32,485 bases of DNA, taken from positions 1 through 32,485 of IMG/VR virus record IMGVR_UViG_3300017753_000047, one strand, 5' to 3'. Below, in pieces: positions 7,810-17,162 of this stretch. Origin of the DNA: a virus. Its lineage: Duplodnaviria > Caudoviricetes. Made by a program: the position numbers and the translations under genes. Within the stretch, counting starts at the first letter, position 1. The number at the start of each line of letters is the position of its first letter. The notes beneath the pieces are model-generated. The model did not search any database and had not been told where the DNA came from. It saw only the letters and a program-made list of their open reading frames with translations.

Positions 7810-9284
7810 TTAATCTCCACCTTAATTGTTTGATACTGAAACTCTTCTTTTTGGTACATCTTCAACCTTTCAAAGGAATGTAATAATGAAAAATTCTTTT
7901 TAGTCTTCCAGCTTAAATCGTCTGATATATCGTAGAGCTCCGTAACTCTACCGTCGTCACTTTTTCTTAAACCTCTACCTATACTCTGCAACACTCTTAT
8001 CTGCGATTTACTTGGTGATGCAAATATTATATTGTGTAGGTTCCTAATATTTATCCCTGTTGAAAAGGTACCGAGTGAAGCAACTGTAATAGAATCTTTT
8101 TGTTTTTCCACTATGCCACGTATTGCTTCTCTATCTGTGGTATCTGTTTCTCCTGCAACAAAGAATACTTTCCTTCCTTCTTCTACCTTTCTATCTATTA
8201 AATCAAAAAGGACCTTACCGTGCTGTTCTACTCTTTGAAACAATACCAGTGTATTACCATTAAGGCTCGTGGCTAGGTTTCGTATGAATCGATTCCTGGC
8301 TTCATGGCGGACAATGTACTCGATCTCATCCTGATATGTTCGTTTACCAAACTCCTTACGTACTTCTTCTGCATAATCAAGTACGACTCTTTTAATTTTG
8401 AGCTTGGCGAGAGTATCGTTATCCTGTAAGGACTTGGTTGAGGTAACGCGGTATATTGCTCCGAAGAGACCTTGAAGTGCCAACTCATGTGTTTGACTTC
8501 CATCGAGTGTTCCTGTGGTTCCATATCTATACTCCGCTTCTGTTGCTTTGTTCATAATAGACATTAAAGACTTTGACTTAAATCCATGGCACTCATCACC
8601 GAATATTACGCCAAACTTTGCAAACCATTGCCTAGGCAGTTTATATATCGATTGCCACGTGCTAATTATAATTCTTTTATTCGTTACTTTATCCTTACCA
8701 GAATATATCCTATGGACCATGTTATCCGAGTCCATACCGTATTCCTTAAAGTCATTCGTTAATTGTTCAACCAATGAGGTAGTCGGTACAATAATCAATG
8801 CACTCTTATCGTGGTTGTGGAGGTACCATCTCATAAGTGCGTATATGATAAGTGATTTACCCGATCCAGTAGGTGACAATAAAATCGCGCGTTTTCGATG
8901 TACGCCTGTTGACACAGCATCGAACTGGTAGTCACGTATTTCATAAGGTAGATTAAGTCTTTTGATAAATGAGTAGAGTTCTTCTACATCTACTTTGTTG
9001 TATTGTTCTACTTCACCATACTTGTCATCGTCATAACAAGCGAGCTCGTATCCACGTTGTTCTACAAATTTAAGTAAGTGTAAATATAAGCCGGCTGGTA
9101 GTTCGCCGGTGGATATATTATACAGACGAATCTTTCCATCCCACATTCTATTGCGGAATGCCGGCATGAATTTGTAACCGGGTACATAGAACGAGAAAAA
9201 CTCGTTGAGTTCTTGTGCTACACCTGATTCACAATCAACATGCATATTAGCATGATTTAAAAGCCTGACTCGAATTGTTTCCAC
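7806..9284 (-). CDS. uvsW: SF2 DNA helicase UvsW
   Basis: RDYQ, SPTGSGKS, DECH, TGT, STGINI.NLHNIIFASP, QSIGRGLR. GTG start. Confidence 0.97.
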   Translation of the reverse strand: METIRVRLLNHANMHVDCESGVAQELNEFFSFYVPGYKFMPAFRNRMWDGKIRLYNISTGELPAGLYLHLLKFVEQRGYELACYDDDKYGEVEQYNKVDVEELYSFIKRLNLPYEIRDYQFDAVSTGVHRKRAILLSPTGSGKSLIIYALMRWYLHNHDKSALIIVPTTSLVEQLTNDFKEYGMDSDNMVHRIYSGKDKVTNKRIIISTWQSIYKLPRQWFAKFGVIFGDECHGFKSKSLMSIMNKATEAEYRYGTTGTLDGSQTHELALQGLFGAIYRVTSTKSLQDNDTLAKLKIKRVVLDYAEEVRKEFGKRTYQDEIEYIVRHEARNRFIRNLATSLNGNTLVLFQRVEQHGKVLFDLIDRKVEEGRKVFFVAGETDTTDREAIRGIVEKQKDSITVASLGTFSTGINIRNLHNIIFASPSKSQIRVLQSIGRGLRKSDDGRVTELYDISDDLSWKTKKNFSLLHSFERLKMYQKEEFQYQTIKVEIK

Positions 9285-9706
9285 TTAATCATATTTCCAA
9301 TAGTTTGATGTCGCCAATTGACATTTGAAATTATTTCTGTTAATGTATCTATTACATTCTTATAGTATTGTATTTTCAATTCTGATTCTTGTATTTCAGG
9401 ATCGGTATCATAGTAATGATCCATCTCACCTTTTAGAATCTTCAATCCGTTGAACGGATCTGGATCCCAGCCTTTCTCTTCCATTTCTTCTTGAGACATC
9501 TTACCGTTATACCAAAGCCACTTATCTTTCAACAGCTTTTTCTGCTCAAACTCAGTCTTCTTGAGTTGAAGCTTGTATGTCGATATAAGTTCTAGATATT
9601 TTGCATGCAAGAGAGGAGCTTGCCGCGATGCTTCGTCTAGTTTATTCGCATCAATATTACAATCTTTAGCCCACATTTCGTGGATGCTTTTCAAATCAAT
9701 CATCAT
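9257..9706 (-). CDS. uvsY: Recombination mediator UvsY
   Basis: W.KD..ID, PLLHAKYL, WYNGK, I.NMI.W..F..G. Immediately upstream of uvsW. Confidence 0.92.
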   Translation of the reverse strand: MMIDLKSIHEMWAKDCNIDANKLDEASRQAPLLHAKYLELISTYKLQLKKTEFEQKKLLKDKWLWYNGKMSQEEMEEKGWDPDPFNGLKILKGEMDHYYDTDPEIQESELKIQYYKNVIDTLTEIISNVNWRHQTIGNMIKWKQFESGF

Positions 9707-9730
9707 CTACTCCGTACAGTATTATATATT

Positions 9731-9759
9731 ATTATACCACAGAATGGAGTAAAAGTACA
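9731..9759 (-). promoter_or_regulatory. Early/sigma70-type promoter for uvsY
   Basis: TGTACT-N17-TATAAT with TGTGG before the -10. Marks the boundary between the structural and replication modules. Confidence 0.75.
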
Positions 9760-11505
9760 CTATTCGAATACATAAGCTCTTGGGTAATAAGTTGGATCCC
9801 ATGTAGCATTTCCTTGAGAGGCTAATAAGCTATTACCTTCCAAACATAAGCCAACACCAAAGTTTCCGTTTTGAACGCTTGTAAAGTCATCGGCTGATTT
9901 ACCTAATGTGAATTCTAATGATCCGTCAGATATTTTATAAACGTATATAACACCTGATACGCCACCACCGGCCAAACCACCACCGCCACCGTTATCTTCT
10001 TTAAAGTTCGATACATAATAATGTGTGTCACTTATTTCGACATAGAGACCAAAATTACCATTAGTAATAGCAACAGGTGCTGCATGTGATCTTACTTGAG
10101 TTACATTAGCCCAATTATCTGATGTAGTGTAAAGAAAGACTTTACCAGCACCACCTGCTCCAGTATCTTCACCTGGTGCACCTATAATAGCATAGTTACC
10201 TTTTAGTGCTACACCGCCACCAAACTGATCGTAATTAGATCCAGAAGCTTGTTCTGGGTTGGCAATTGTTTTTACTAATGATCCATTTGTTGTATTATAA
10301 ATGTATGCTTCTCCTCTTTGAGTAGTGCCTCCATCTTTTTCTGCAGTAATAAATCTACTAATAGATTCGTCCACACTAATATCGACTCCAAAATATCCAC
10401 CTGATCCTGGAGTAGTTATTACGTAATTTTGATTGCCATTTGAAAGAGCAAAACTTCTAATATATCCGCCGTTGTGGCCTATGTATATATTCGAATCAGT
10501 CATTTGTATATCTGACCAAGTCCCCGGCCAAGCTTGAGTAGTAGAACCCCCGCTTAGTTCACTATATTGGTGATCCCATGCCAATGAACCATCACTAATA
10601 TTAAATACCCTCAATTGGCCCTGTGAAGTACCTCCATTACCTTGTTCACCTATAGCATATTTACCGGCAGTTGTGTTAACAGCAACTTGTTGTCCGAGAA
10701 AAGAATAATGTGTTTGAACATGAGTTCTTATTGCTGTTGAGCCAGAACCTGTGTAACTGTAAAGATATGCTTTACCTTTATTACTATCATGGGCTGGTGC
10801 GCCAATAATTATATGTCCGGAACTAATATCAAGACTAGAAAAGACACTAGTACCACCACCTTGGCTGGTGTTTCCCCATTTAATCAGCCCACTTTCACCC
10901 TCAATATAAAATAATGGATTGCCACCAGATGGACCAAAAGATAAAGTAAATGTATTTTGAACTGATGCTACACTGATTCCATCGCTTGCTTTAAATGTTA
11001 ACGTAGCTGATCCGTCAGATCCTAAGGTAGCGGCTGAATCTGCAGTTCGTGGAGTAATAGTTACTACACTTGAATCTCTCGAAACAGTGGCAAACTTAAA
11101 TAGATCTCCACCCGATTCAAGACTTAGTTCTGGTGTAGTGCCATCAGAGTCGGCAGCTGTCATTGTAACAGTAGTTGCTGACCCCGGCGTAAGGGCAATT
11201 GTTCCTGTACTACTTAATGACAAGGTTGGAGTTGCGTTGATAGATGCAACATTATACCAGCCTGAACCATTGGAAATGTATAGTCTTTTATTTGAAGTAA
11301 GATAAGCTTGCTGGCCTGCTGATAAGCCAGTCATGGGCAATGTACCAAGAGAATCATAGACCGTCACGCCTACAGTACCTATAATATTGCTAATGTTCGC
11401 AGAATCAGTAACAGTAACGGCGTCGCCATCGAGCAATGATACACGGTCAGGATTTAATGCTTCTGATCTTCCGACCATCATTGCAAAATCTCTAGCTTTA
11501 GTCAT
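9760..11505 (-). CDS. Virion-associated beta-propeller protein, paralog 1 (shared N-terminal module, divergent propeller)
   Basis: Module NGSGWYN...ESGGDLFKFAT...ATLTFKASDG, then repeats IIGAP...G..YLY and FG..V. Confidence 0.8.
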   Translation of the reverse strand: MTKARDFAMMVGRSEALNPDRVSLLDGDAVTVTDSANISNIIGTVGVTVYDSLGTLPMTGLSAGQQAYLTSNKRLYISNGSGWYNVASINATPTLSLSSTGTIALTPGSATTVTMTAADSDGTTPELSLESGGDLFKFATVSRDSSVVTITPRTADSAATLGSDGSATLTFKASDGISVASVQNTFTLSFGPSGGNPLFYIEGESGLIKWGNTSQGGGTSVFSSLDISSGHIIIGAPAHDSNKGKAYLYSYTGSGSTAIRTHVQTHYSFLGQQVAVNTTAGKYAIGEQGNGGTSQGQLRVFNISDGSLAWDHQYSELSGGSTTQAWPGTWSDIQMTDSNIYIGHNGGYIRSFALSNGNQNYVITTPGSGGYFGVDISVDESISRFITAEKDGGTTQRGEAYIYNTTNGSLVKTIANPEQASGSNYDQFGGGVALKGNYAIIGAPGEDTGAGGAGKVFLYTTSDNWANVTQVRSHAAPVAITNGNFGLYVEISDTHYYVSNFKEDNGGGGGLAGGGVSGVIYVYKISDGSLEFTLGKSADDFTSVQNGNFGVGLCLEGNSLLASQGNATWDPTYYPRAYVFE

Positions 11506-11516
11506 CTACAAATTCC

Positions 11517-13316
11517 TTACGATAAATAGTTCACGTAAACTGCACCAGCATTTGAATTGGTTGCAGTTTCTGTATATGCACCTGCGATTATAATCTTTCC
11601 ATCATTACTAATTGAAACACCATCACCGAAACGTCCTACTTGCTGTGAAGCTTGTCTTAACTTTACCTGTTGAGCCCATGTACTACCACTAGTATTTTTG
11701 AATACGTATACTGCACCTGATGTACCAGAACCACCGCCGTCAACACCGAAAGCTGTAATGGCAACATGTGATCCATCTGCACTAATATCAACACGCCATC
11801 CAAACTGATCGTTTACTGCAGGATCACTGGCAACAATTTTTGCGTCTTGTGACCAAGATGTACCTGTTCTTTTGAAAATATAAGCTGCACCTGAGTTTGA
11901 ACCACCGGTGTCTTCTTGATATGCTCCTACAATAGCTACTGTTCCATCTGTACTATTAATAGCTACATCATTGCCAAACTCATCATCTAATCCTATATCA
12001 CTCGAAACTATTCTAGCTTCTTGAGCCCAGCTAGTGCCTGTTCTTTTGAATATGTATGCAGCACCATAATCTTCACTGTTTGACGAATTGTCCTCTTTCC
12101 AAGCTCCAAAAATAGCTCGAGTTCCATCAACATCTATGTCGCATGAATTAGCAAATTGTTCAGAGGTTGTACCTCCAGTTGCAGTTAGCTTTGCTTGTTG
12201 AGCCCACGTATGAGTACTACCTTGGTAATATATATATGCCGCTCCTGTATTCGAACCATCCATTGGTGAACAACCTATGATATAATTTCCGTCACCACTG
12301 ATACCTACAGATCTTCCATGTCTATCGTAGTTTGCTTTGTCTGATGCAGTCAAAGTCGGACTACCAGATGCATTACTCCATGTAGATCCTGATCTTGTTC
12401 TTACAACTAGTTCACCACGAGTATCGCCTCCTTGAGCCGCAGAAGGTTTACCAGCAACTATAATTGATCCATCATCACTTATCGCGCAATCACCGGGATT
12501 GCCAGCATCTCCCATGCTGCCTTCTGTATTTTTATATTCTCGTGTCCAACTATTAGTTGCACCTTGATAAACTTCAAGTTCGCCACCGGTTGCAGACATG
12601 ACTACAAACCTAGTGCCGTCTGAGTTAATGTCATTACGAATACCGAAGTAATCGTATGCTGTACCATCAGGATTCGGGATTCTGTGTTGAGCTGTAGTGC
12701 CGGTCCAGTCGGGACCAAAAGATAGTGTAAAAGTATTTTGAACTGAAGCAACGCTGATACCATCACTTGCTTTAAATGTCAATGTGGCTGAACCGTCTGA
12801 ACCTAATGTAGTAGCAGAATCTTCAGATCGAGGAGTAATAGTAACTACTGATGAATCTTGTGATATTGTGGCAAACTTGAATAGATCACCACCAGATTCA
12901 AGTGTTAACGATAAGTTTGCATTTGAGTTATCAGAATCCGTAGCAGTCATTGTGATAGTAGTAGCTGATCCTGGAGTCAATGCAATAGTACCAGAAGAAC
13001 TAAGAGATAAAACCGGAGTAGCATTAATTAACGCTATGTTGTACCAACCACTGCTTGTTGCATCACCACTTACAGTGTATAATCTGTTCGTGCCTGTTAC
13101 AAAAGCTTGTGTTCCTGCTGGCAAACTTGCTGCAGAAATAGGACTAACGGGTAAAGAATCAATAGTAGAATAGATATTCATAGCCGTTGTGTTTAATATG
13201 CCACTGACTATTGATGAATCTGCAACAGCATCACCTAAATCTACACCGGGACTATTATCTATGTTAGCTGCTTCGGTTCTACCGAGAATCGCAGCTATGT
13301 TTCTCATTTTGGTCAT
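11517..13316 (-). CDS. Virion-associated FG-GAP-type beta-propeller protein, paralog 2
   Basis: Shared module, then repeats FG..V.IS.DG....GA...GAAYIF.R.G..W.Q. Confidence 0.85.
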   Translation of the reverse strand: MTKMRNIAAILGRTEAANIDNSPGVDLGDAVADSSIVSGILNTTAMNIYSTIDSLPVSPISAASLPAGTQAFVTGTNRLYTVSGDATSSGWYNIALINATPVLSLSSSGTIALTPGSATTITMTATDSDNSNANLSLTLESGGDLFKFATISQDSSVVTITPRSEDSATTLGSDGSATLTFKASDGISVASVQNTFTLSFGPDWTGTTAQHRIPNPDGTAYDYFGIRNDINSDGTRFVVMSATGGELEVYQGATNSWTREYKNTEGSMGDAGNPGDCAISDDGSIIVAGKPSAAQGGDTRGELVVRTRSGSTWSNASGSPTLTASDKANYDRHGRSVGISGDGNYIIGCSPMDGSNTGAAYIYYQGSTHTWAQQAKLTATGGTTSEQFANSCDIDVDGTRAIFGAWKEDNSSNSEDYGAAYIFKRTGTSWAQEARIVSSDIGLDDEFGNDVAINSTDGTVAIVGAYQEDTGGSNSGAAYIFKRTGTSWSQDAKIVASDPAVNDQFGWRVDISADGSHVAITAFGVDGGGSGTSGAVYVFKNTSGSTWAQQVKLRQASQQVGRFGDGVSISNDGKIIIAGAYTETATNSNAGAVYVNYLS

Positions 13317-13621
13317 CCGATACCCTTTTCAGCATAATAGTCTCGAAAGCGTTTTAGCAAAAGAGGCGTACCTTTTTTCTTACGTCGATCATGTACAGTT
13401 CTTGTTTTGAATCTTGGACCCATTGCGGTGTCAGCTGGATTAGGTATAGCACCTGTATTCACTGTTGGCGCATCTTCTTTTACATCGTCTTTTTTATCAA
13501 GATACGCGGCAATCGCCATCTGCCTACGTTTGGCTTTTGACTTACCTTTGAACTGTGGAGCTTTTGATTTGTAAAAATCTTTTACGTAATCTCCAGCGTC
13601 TGCATTTTTACCTAGTGGCAT
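13313..13621 (-). CDS. Small basic hypothetical protein (102 aa)
   Basis: Lys/Arg-rich, with motifs APQFKGKSK.KRRQMAIAA and VKEDAPT. Overlaps the next start (ATGA). Confidence 0.8.
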   Translation of the reverse strand: MPLGKNADAGDYVKDFYKSKAPQFKGKSKAKRRQMAIAAYLDKKDDVKEDAPTVNTGAIPNPADTAMGPRFKTRTVHDRRKKKGTPLLLKRFRDYYAEKGIG

Positions 13622-13632
13622 TCTAATTATCC

Positions 13633-15408
13633 TTAACCTGCTTCGAAGATATATGCGGCACCTTGAGCGGAATTAGGTGAAGTTGTTTCATACTGTGATC
13701 CACAAATTGCAAAAGAAGCATCGGTACTAAGATACACGCTATTGCCAAAATAATCACTGGTAGCCTTATCAGCTGCTTGTAATTTTCTAACTTGAGACCA
13801 AGTGGTACCGTCTCTATTAAAAATATATGCGGCACCAGCCTCGCCACCACCAGTACCTTCATAATGAGCACCAACAATAACATAATTACCGTCATTGCTT
13901 ATATTCGAGCTCCATCCAAAGTGATCGTTTGCGCCTATATCTGTTGATTGAATTTTTTGTTGTTGAGACCAAGTAGTACCTGATCTTGAAAAAATGTAAG
14001 CTGCACCAGCATTACTTCCACCAGTTTCCGAACCCCATGCGCCGGCAATAACATAATCTCCAGCACCACTTATTGATACACTAACACCTAAATGATCACT
14101 TACGCCTTGATCACTTGCTACAATTTTTTGTTGTTCTGACCAAGTAGTACCAGATCTACTAAATACATGAACTGCACCGTAATCCATATTGTTATCGCCG
14201 TATGCTCCAATAGCAATATAAGTCCCATCTGAATTAATTGAAGCACTATAGCCAAAATAACCATTTACAATTGCACCGGACCCATTTATCTTTTGTTGCT
14301 CTGACCAACTGGTACCTGATCTTATAAAGACATAAGCCGAACCGGAGCTACTTGCAGTGCTATCCTCATCCTTTGCACCAACAATAATATAAGTACCATC
14401 ATTGCTTATATCTACACTCCATCCAAAAGCATCACCTGTTCCTGCGTTGCTTGCAGTTAATTTGGCTTGTTGTGTCCAACTTGTACCAGATCTTATGTAA
14501 ACATATGCTGCTCCATTAGCATTTTGGTATCTTGCACCAACTACAGCATAAGTACCATCAGAACTCATTGCGACACTATATCCAAAAATACCATTAGCCA
14601 TTGCATCAGATGCTTTAAGCATCTGTTGTTGAGACCATGATGAACCAGATCTTACGTAAACATATGCTGCACCTGCACCGGATCCGCTAGTGTCTTCACT
14701 AATAGAACCAACAATTGCGTATGCACCATCATTGCTTATAGCCACAGAAGTTCCGAAATAATCATTACTGCTTGGATTATCTGCTAACACTTTACTTTCA
14801 GTATAACTAGCAGACCAATCAGGACCAAATGTTAGTGTAAAAGTATTTACTACTGATCCAAATGATATACCATCGCTTGCTTTAAATGTCAGTGTAGCTG
14901 ATCCATCATATCCTAAAGTAGTGGCAGAATCTTCTGATCGTGGAGTAATAGTAACTACTGATGAATCTCGAGATACCGTAGCAAACTTAAATAGATCACC
15001 GCCAGACTCTATTGATAGTGTTAAATTAGCACTTGCATGATCAGAATCTAAAGCAGTCATAGTAATAGTGGTAGCCGTACCATCAGAAGACAATGCAATT
15101 GTACCTTCACTACTTAGTGTTAATCTAGGAGTTGCGTTTATAAGAGCTACATTATACCAGCCGCTTCCGTTTGAAATGTACAACCTACTTTGCCCAGCTG
15201 CACCAGCTGATTCTACAAATGCTTGATCGCCTGAAATTAAACCAGTAACTGGCAATGCACCTACAGAATCATAAGCAGTAACTCCTATTGCGCTTACTTG
15301 TGCAGAATCTAGACCAACACTAGAATTGGTATTTAACAAAGCAACATTATTAGTATTACTCGCTTCAGTTGCACTGAGTATTGCAGCTATGTCTCTTGTT
15401 CTACTCAT
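13633..15408 (-). CDS. Virion-associated FG-GAP-type beta-propeller protein, paralog 3
   Basis: Shared module, then seven regular blades (F/L)G.S..(I/M/L)(S/N)..G.Y.IVGA...GAAY(V/I)(F/Y).RSG..W.QQ.K. Confidence 0.88.
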   Translation of the reverse strand: MSRTRDIAAILSATEASNTNNVALLNTNSSVGLDSAQVSAIGVTAYDSVGALPVTGLISGDQAFVESAGAAGQSRLYISNGSGWYNVALINATPRLTLSSEGTIALSSDGTATTITMTALDSDHASANLTLSIESGGDLFKFATVSRDSSVVTITPRSEDSATTLGYDGSATLTFKASDGISFGSVVNTFTLTFGPDWSASYTESKVLADNPSSNDYFGTSVAISNDGAYAIVGSISEDTSGSGAGAAYVYVRSGSSWSQQQMLKASDAMANGIFGYSVAMSSDGTYAVVGARYQNANGAAYVYIRSGTSWTQQAKLTASNAGTGDAFGWSVDISNDGTYIIVGAKDEDSTASSSGSAYVFIRSGTSWSEQQKINGSGAIVNGYFGYSASINSDGTYIAIGAYGDNNMDYGAVHVFSRSGTTWSEQQKIVASDQGVSDHLGVSVSISGAGDYVIAGAWGSETGGSNAGAAYIFSRSGTTWSQQQKIQSTDIGANDHFGWSSNISNDGNYVIVGAHYEGTGGGEAGAAYIFNRDGTTWSQVRKLQAADKATSDYFGNSVYLSTDASFAICGSQYETTSPNSAQGAAYIFEAG

Positions 15409-15418
15409 TTATTTTTCC

Positions 15419-17161
15419 TTAAGGTGTATAGTAAACTAAGAACCGGCCTTCGTGATTTGACGAATTACCATAATCATTTCCTACTAGTAGGTATTTGCCG
15501 TTACCACTAAATCTTATACTTCTATAGCTAAAATGCCTTGGGTATCCACCTGAAGAACTACTTGCATCAGATGGTTGAAGAGTTTTAACTAGTGACCAGC
15601 TCGTACCTGATCTTTGATAAATAAACACTTTACCAGAAACTGAGTTACTGCCGTTTTCAGCACCATAAGCACCAACTGCCATTAAGGTTCCTTCATCGTT
15701 TATTGTACAACACTCACCTACGGCAGAGTATGAGCTATAGCCACTAGTTGGATATGCCAAAAGTTGTGATGACCAGCTTGTTCCTGATCTAAAATACACG
15801 TTCACTGATCCGGATTGGTTAACAGTTCGATCATCAGCCGCTGCACCAATTACTAGATATTCTCCAGTAGAATTCATAGCTATTGAAGATCCAAAATAAG
15901 ATTTTGTAGAGTTTGATGCTGGTGGTTCAATTATTGTTTGATAAGACCATGTGCTTCCACTTCTAGTCCAAACCTCTACAGCACCATCGAACTCTCCTCC
16001 AGCATAACCTTTCTGAACAGTTGCTGCTACATAAGTAGCGTCAGAATTCAATGCAATCTTTTGTAGATGGGCACCTCCCATTTGGGCCCAATCTTGTGCA
16101 AGGTTAGGTAGTATCTTTGCTTGTTGTGTCCATGAAGTACCAGATCTAGTGAATACATATAGTGCACCTCTAGAAGTGTTTGAAGTATCATCACCCGGTG
16201 CGGCCATAACCGCATAAGTTCCGTCACTATTCAACAAAGCGCCGATACCAAATTGATCATTATCTGCTGCATCACTTGCAGCTAGAGTTGCTTCATGTGA
16301 CCATGTAGTACTTGATCTTGAATATACGTATGCTTTACCACGGTTGCTACCACCTTCATCGTTATAATTGGAGCAAATGATAAGCCGGTTAGCGTCATCA
16401 TCTAAATCTATTCCCATTCGCCCAGCTTGCGCATCCGAGGCGTTATGTGCACTAGTCATAGTTACAACTTGTTGAGATGCCCAAGTATTTGTAGAACTTC
16501 TCAAATAAACATGAACTTTGTTTTGCCCAAATTCCGGCACAGCTAAGTGTGTTCCAGTTTGGCTAATTGTTTGCTGTTCACCGCCAAAATAACCATTAGT
16601 GTTAGTACCTGTCACTATAGTTTCATTAAGTGTTGCAGTCCAATCAGGTGTAAATGATAATGTGAATGTATTTACTACTGATCCAATACTTATTCCATCG
16701 GTTGCTTTGAAAGTAAGTGTCGCTGATCCGTCAAATCCTAATGTTGTCGCTGAATCTTCAGATCGTGGAGTAATTGTTACAACGGATGAATCCTGAGATA
16801 CTGTGGCAAACTTAAATAGATCTCCACCAGATTCTACTGATAGTGTTAAATTGCCACTGGCGTTATCAGAGTCTAAGGCAGTCATAGTAATAGTGGTAGC
16901 CGAACCATCAGTTGCCAAAGCAATTGTACCTTCACTACTTAATGTTAATCTAGGTGTGGCATTAATTAATGCTACGTTATACCAGCCAGATCCATTTGAA
17001 ATGTATAATCTACTTTGCCCGGAAGCACCGGCTGATTCTACAAATGCTTGATCGCCTGAACTTAAACCAGTACTTGGTAATGCACTTACAGAATTATATA
17101 CTGTTGTACCTATACCTGCTGCACTTGCACCACTACTTCTTATGTCTGTTAAATTTGTCAT
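15419..17161 (-). CDS. Virion-associated FG-GAP-type beta-propeller protein, paralog 4
   Basis: Shared module, then blades with RSG(T/S)(S/T)W repeats. Confidence 0.85.
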   Translation of the reverse strand: MTNLTDIRSSGASAAGIGTTVYNSVSALPSTGLSSGDQAFVESAGASGQSRLYISNGSGWYNVALINATPRLTLSSEGTIALATDGSATTITMTALDSDNASGNLTLSVESGGDLFKFATVSQDSSVVTITPRSEDSATTLGFDGSATLTFKATDGISIGSVVNTFTLSFTPDWTATLNETIVTGTNTNGYFGGEQQTISQTGTHLAVPEFGQNKVHVYLRSSTNTWASQQVVTMTSAHNASDAQAGRMGIDLDDDANRLIICSNYNDEGGSNRGKAYVYSRSSTTWSHEATLAASDAADNDQFGIGALLNSDGTYAVMAAPGDDTSNTSRGALYVFTRSGTSWTQQAKILPNLAQDWAQMGGAHLQKIALNSDATYVAATVQKGYAGGEFDGAVEVWTRSGSTWSYQTIIEPPASNSTKSYFGSSIAMNSTGEYLVIGAAADDRTVNQSGSVNVYFRSGTSWSSQLLAYPTSGYSSYSAVGECCTINDEGTLMAVGAYGAENGSNSVSGKVFIYQRSGTSWSLVKTLQPSDASSSSGGYPRHFSYRSIRFSGNGKYLLVGNDYGNSSNHEGRFLVYYTP

Positions 17162-17162
17162 A

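Larger units (their letters stand above)
10931..17010 (-). repeat. Four dispersed copies of a ~120-codon module (approx. 10931-11290, 12705-13090, 14815-15190, 16640-17010)
   Basis: Near-identical peptide ESGGDLFKFAT(V/I)S(R/Q)DSSVVTITPR...DGSATLTFKA(S/T)DGIS in four genes. DNA differences are mostly at synonymous positions. Confidence 0.9.

Noticed and set aside
8273-8524. 83-aa +1-frame ORF inside uvsW with mildly raised GC
   Set aside because: Short, with no convincing SD and a weak GC shift. Worth rechecking only if the gp46 nested ORF proves real.
13623-13895. 90-aa alternative-frame ORF at the end of propeller paralog 3 (also 20435-20641 in the giant fibre)
   Set aside because: Off-frame read of Gly/Ala/Ser-rich coding sequence with no initiation signals.
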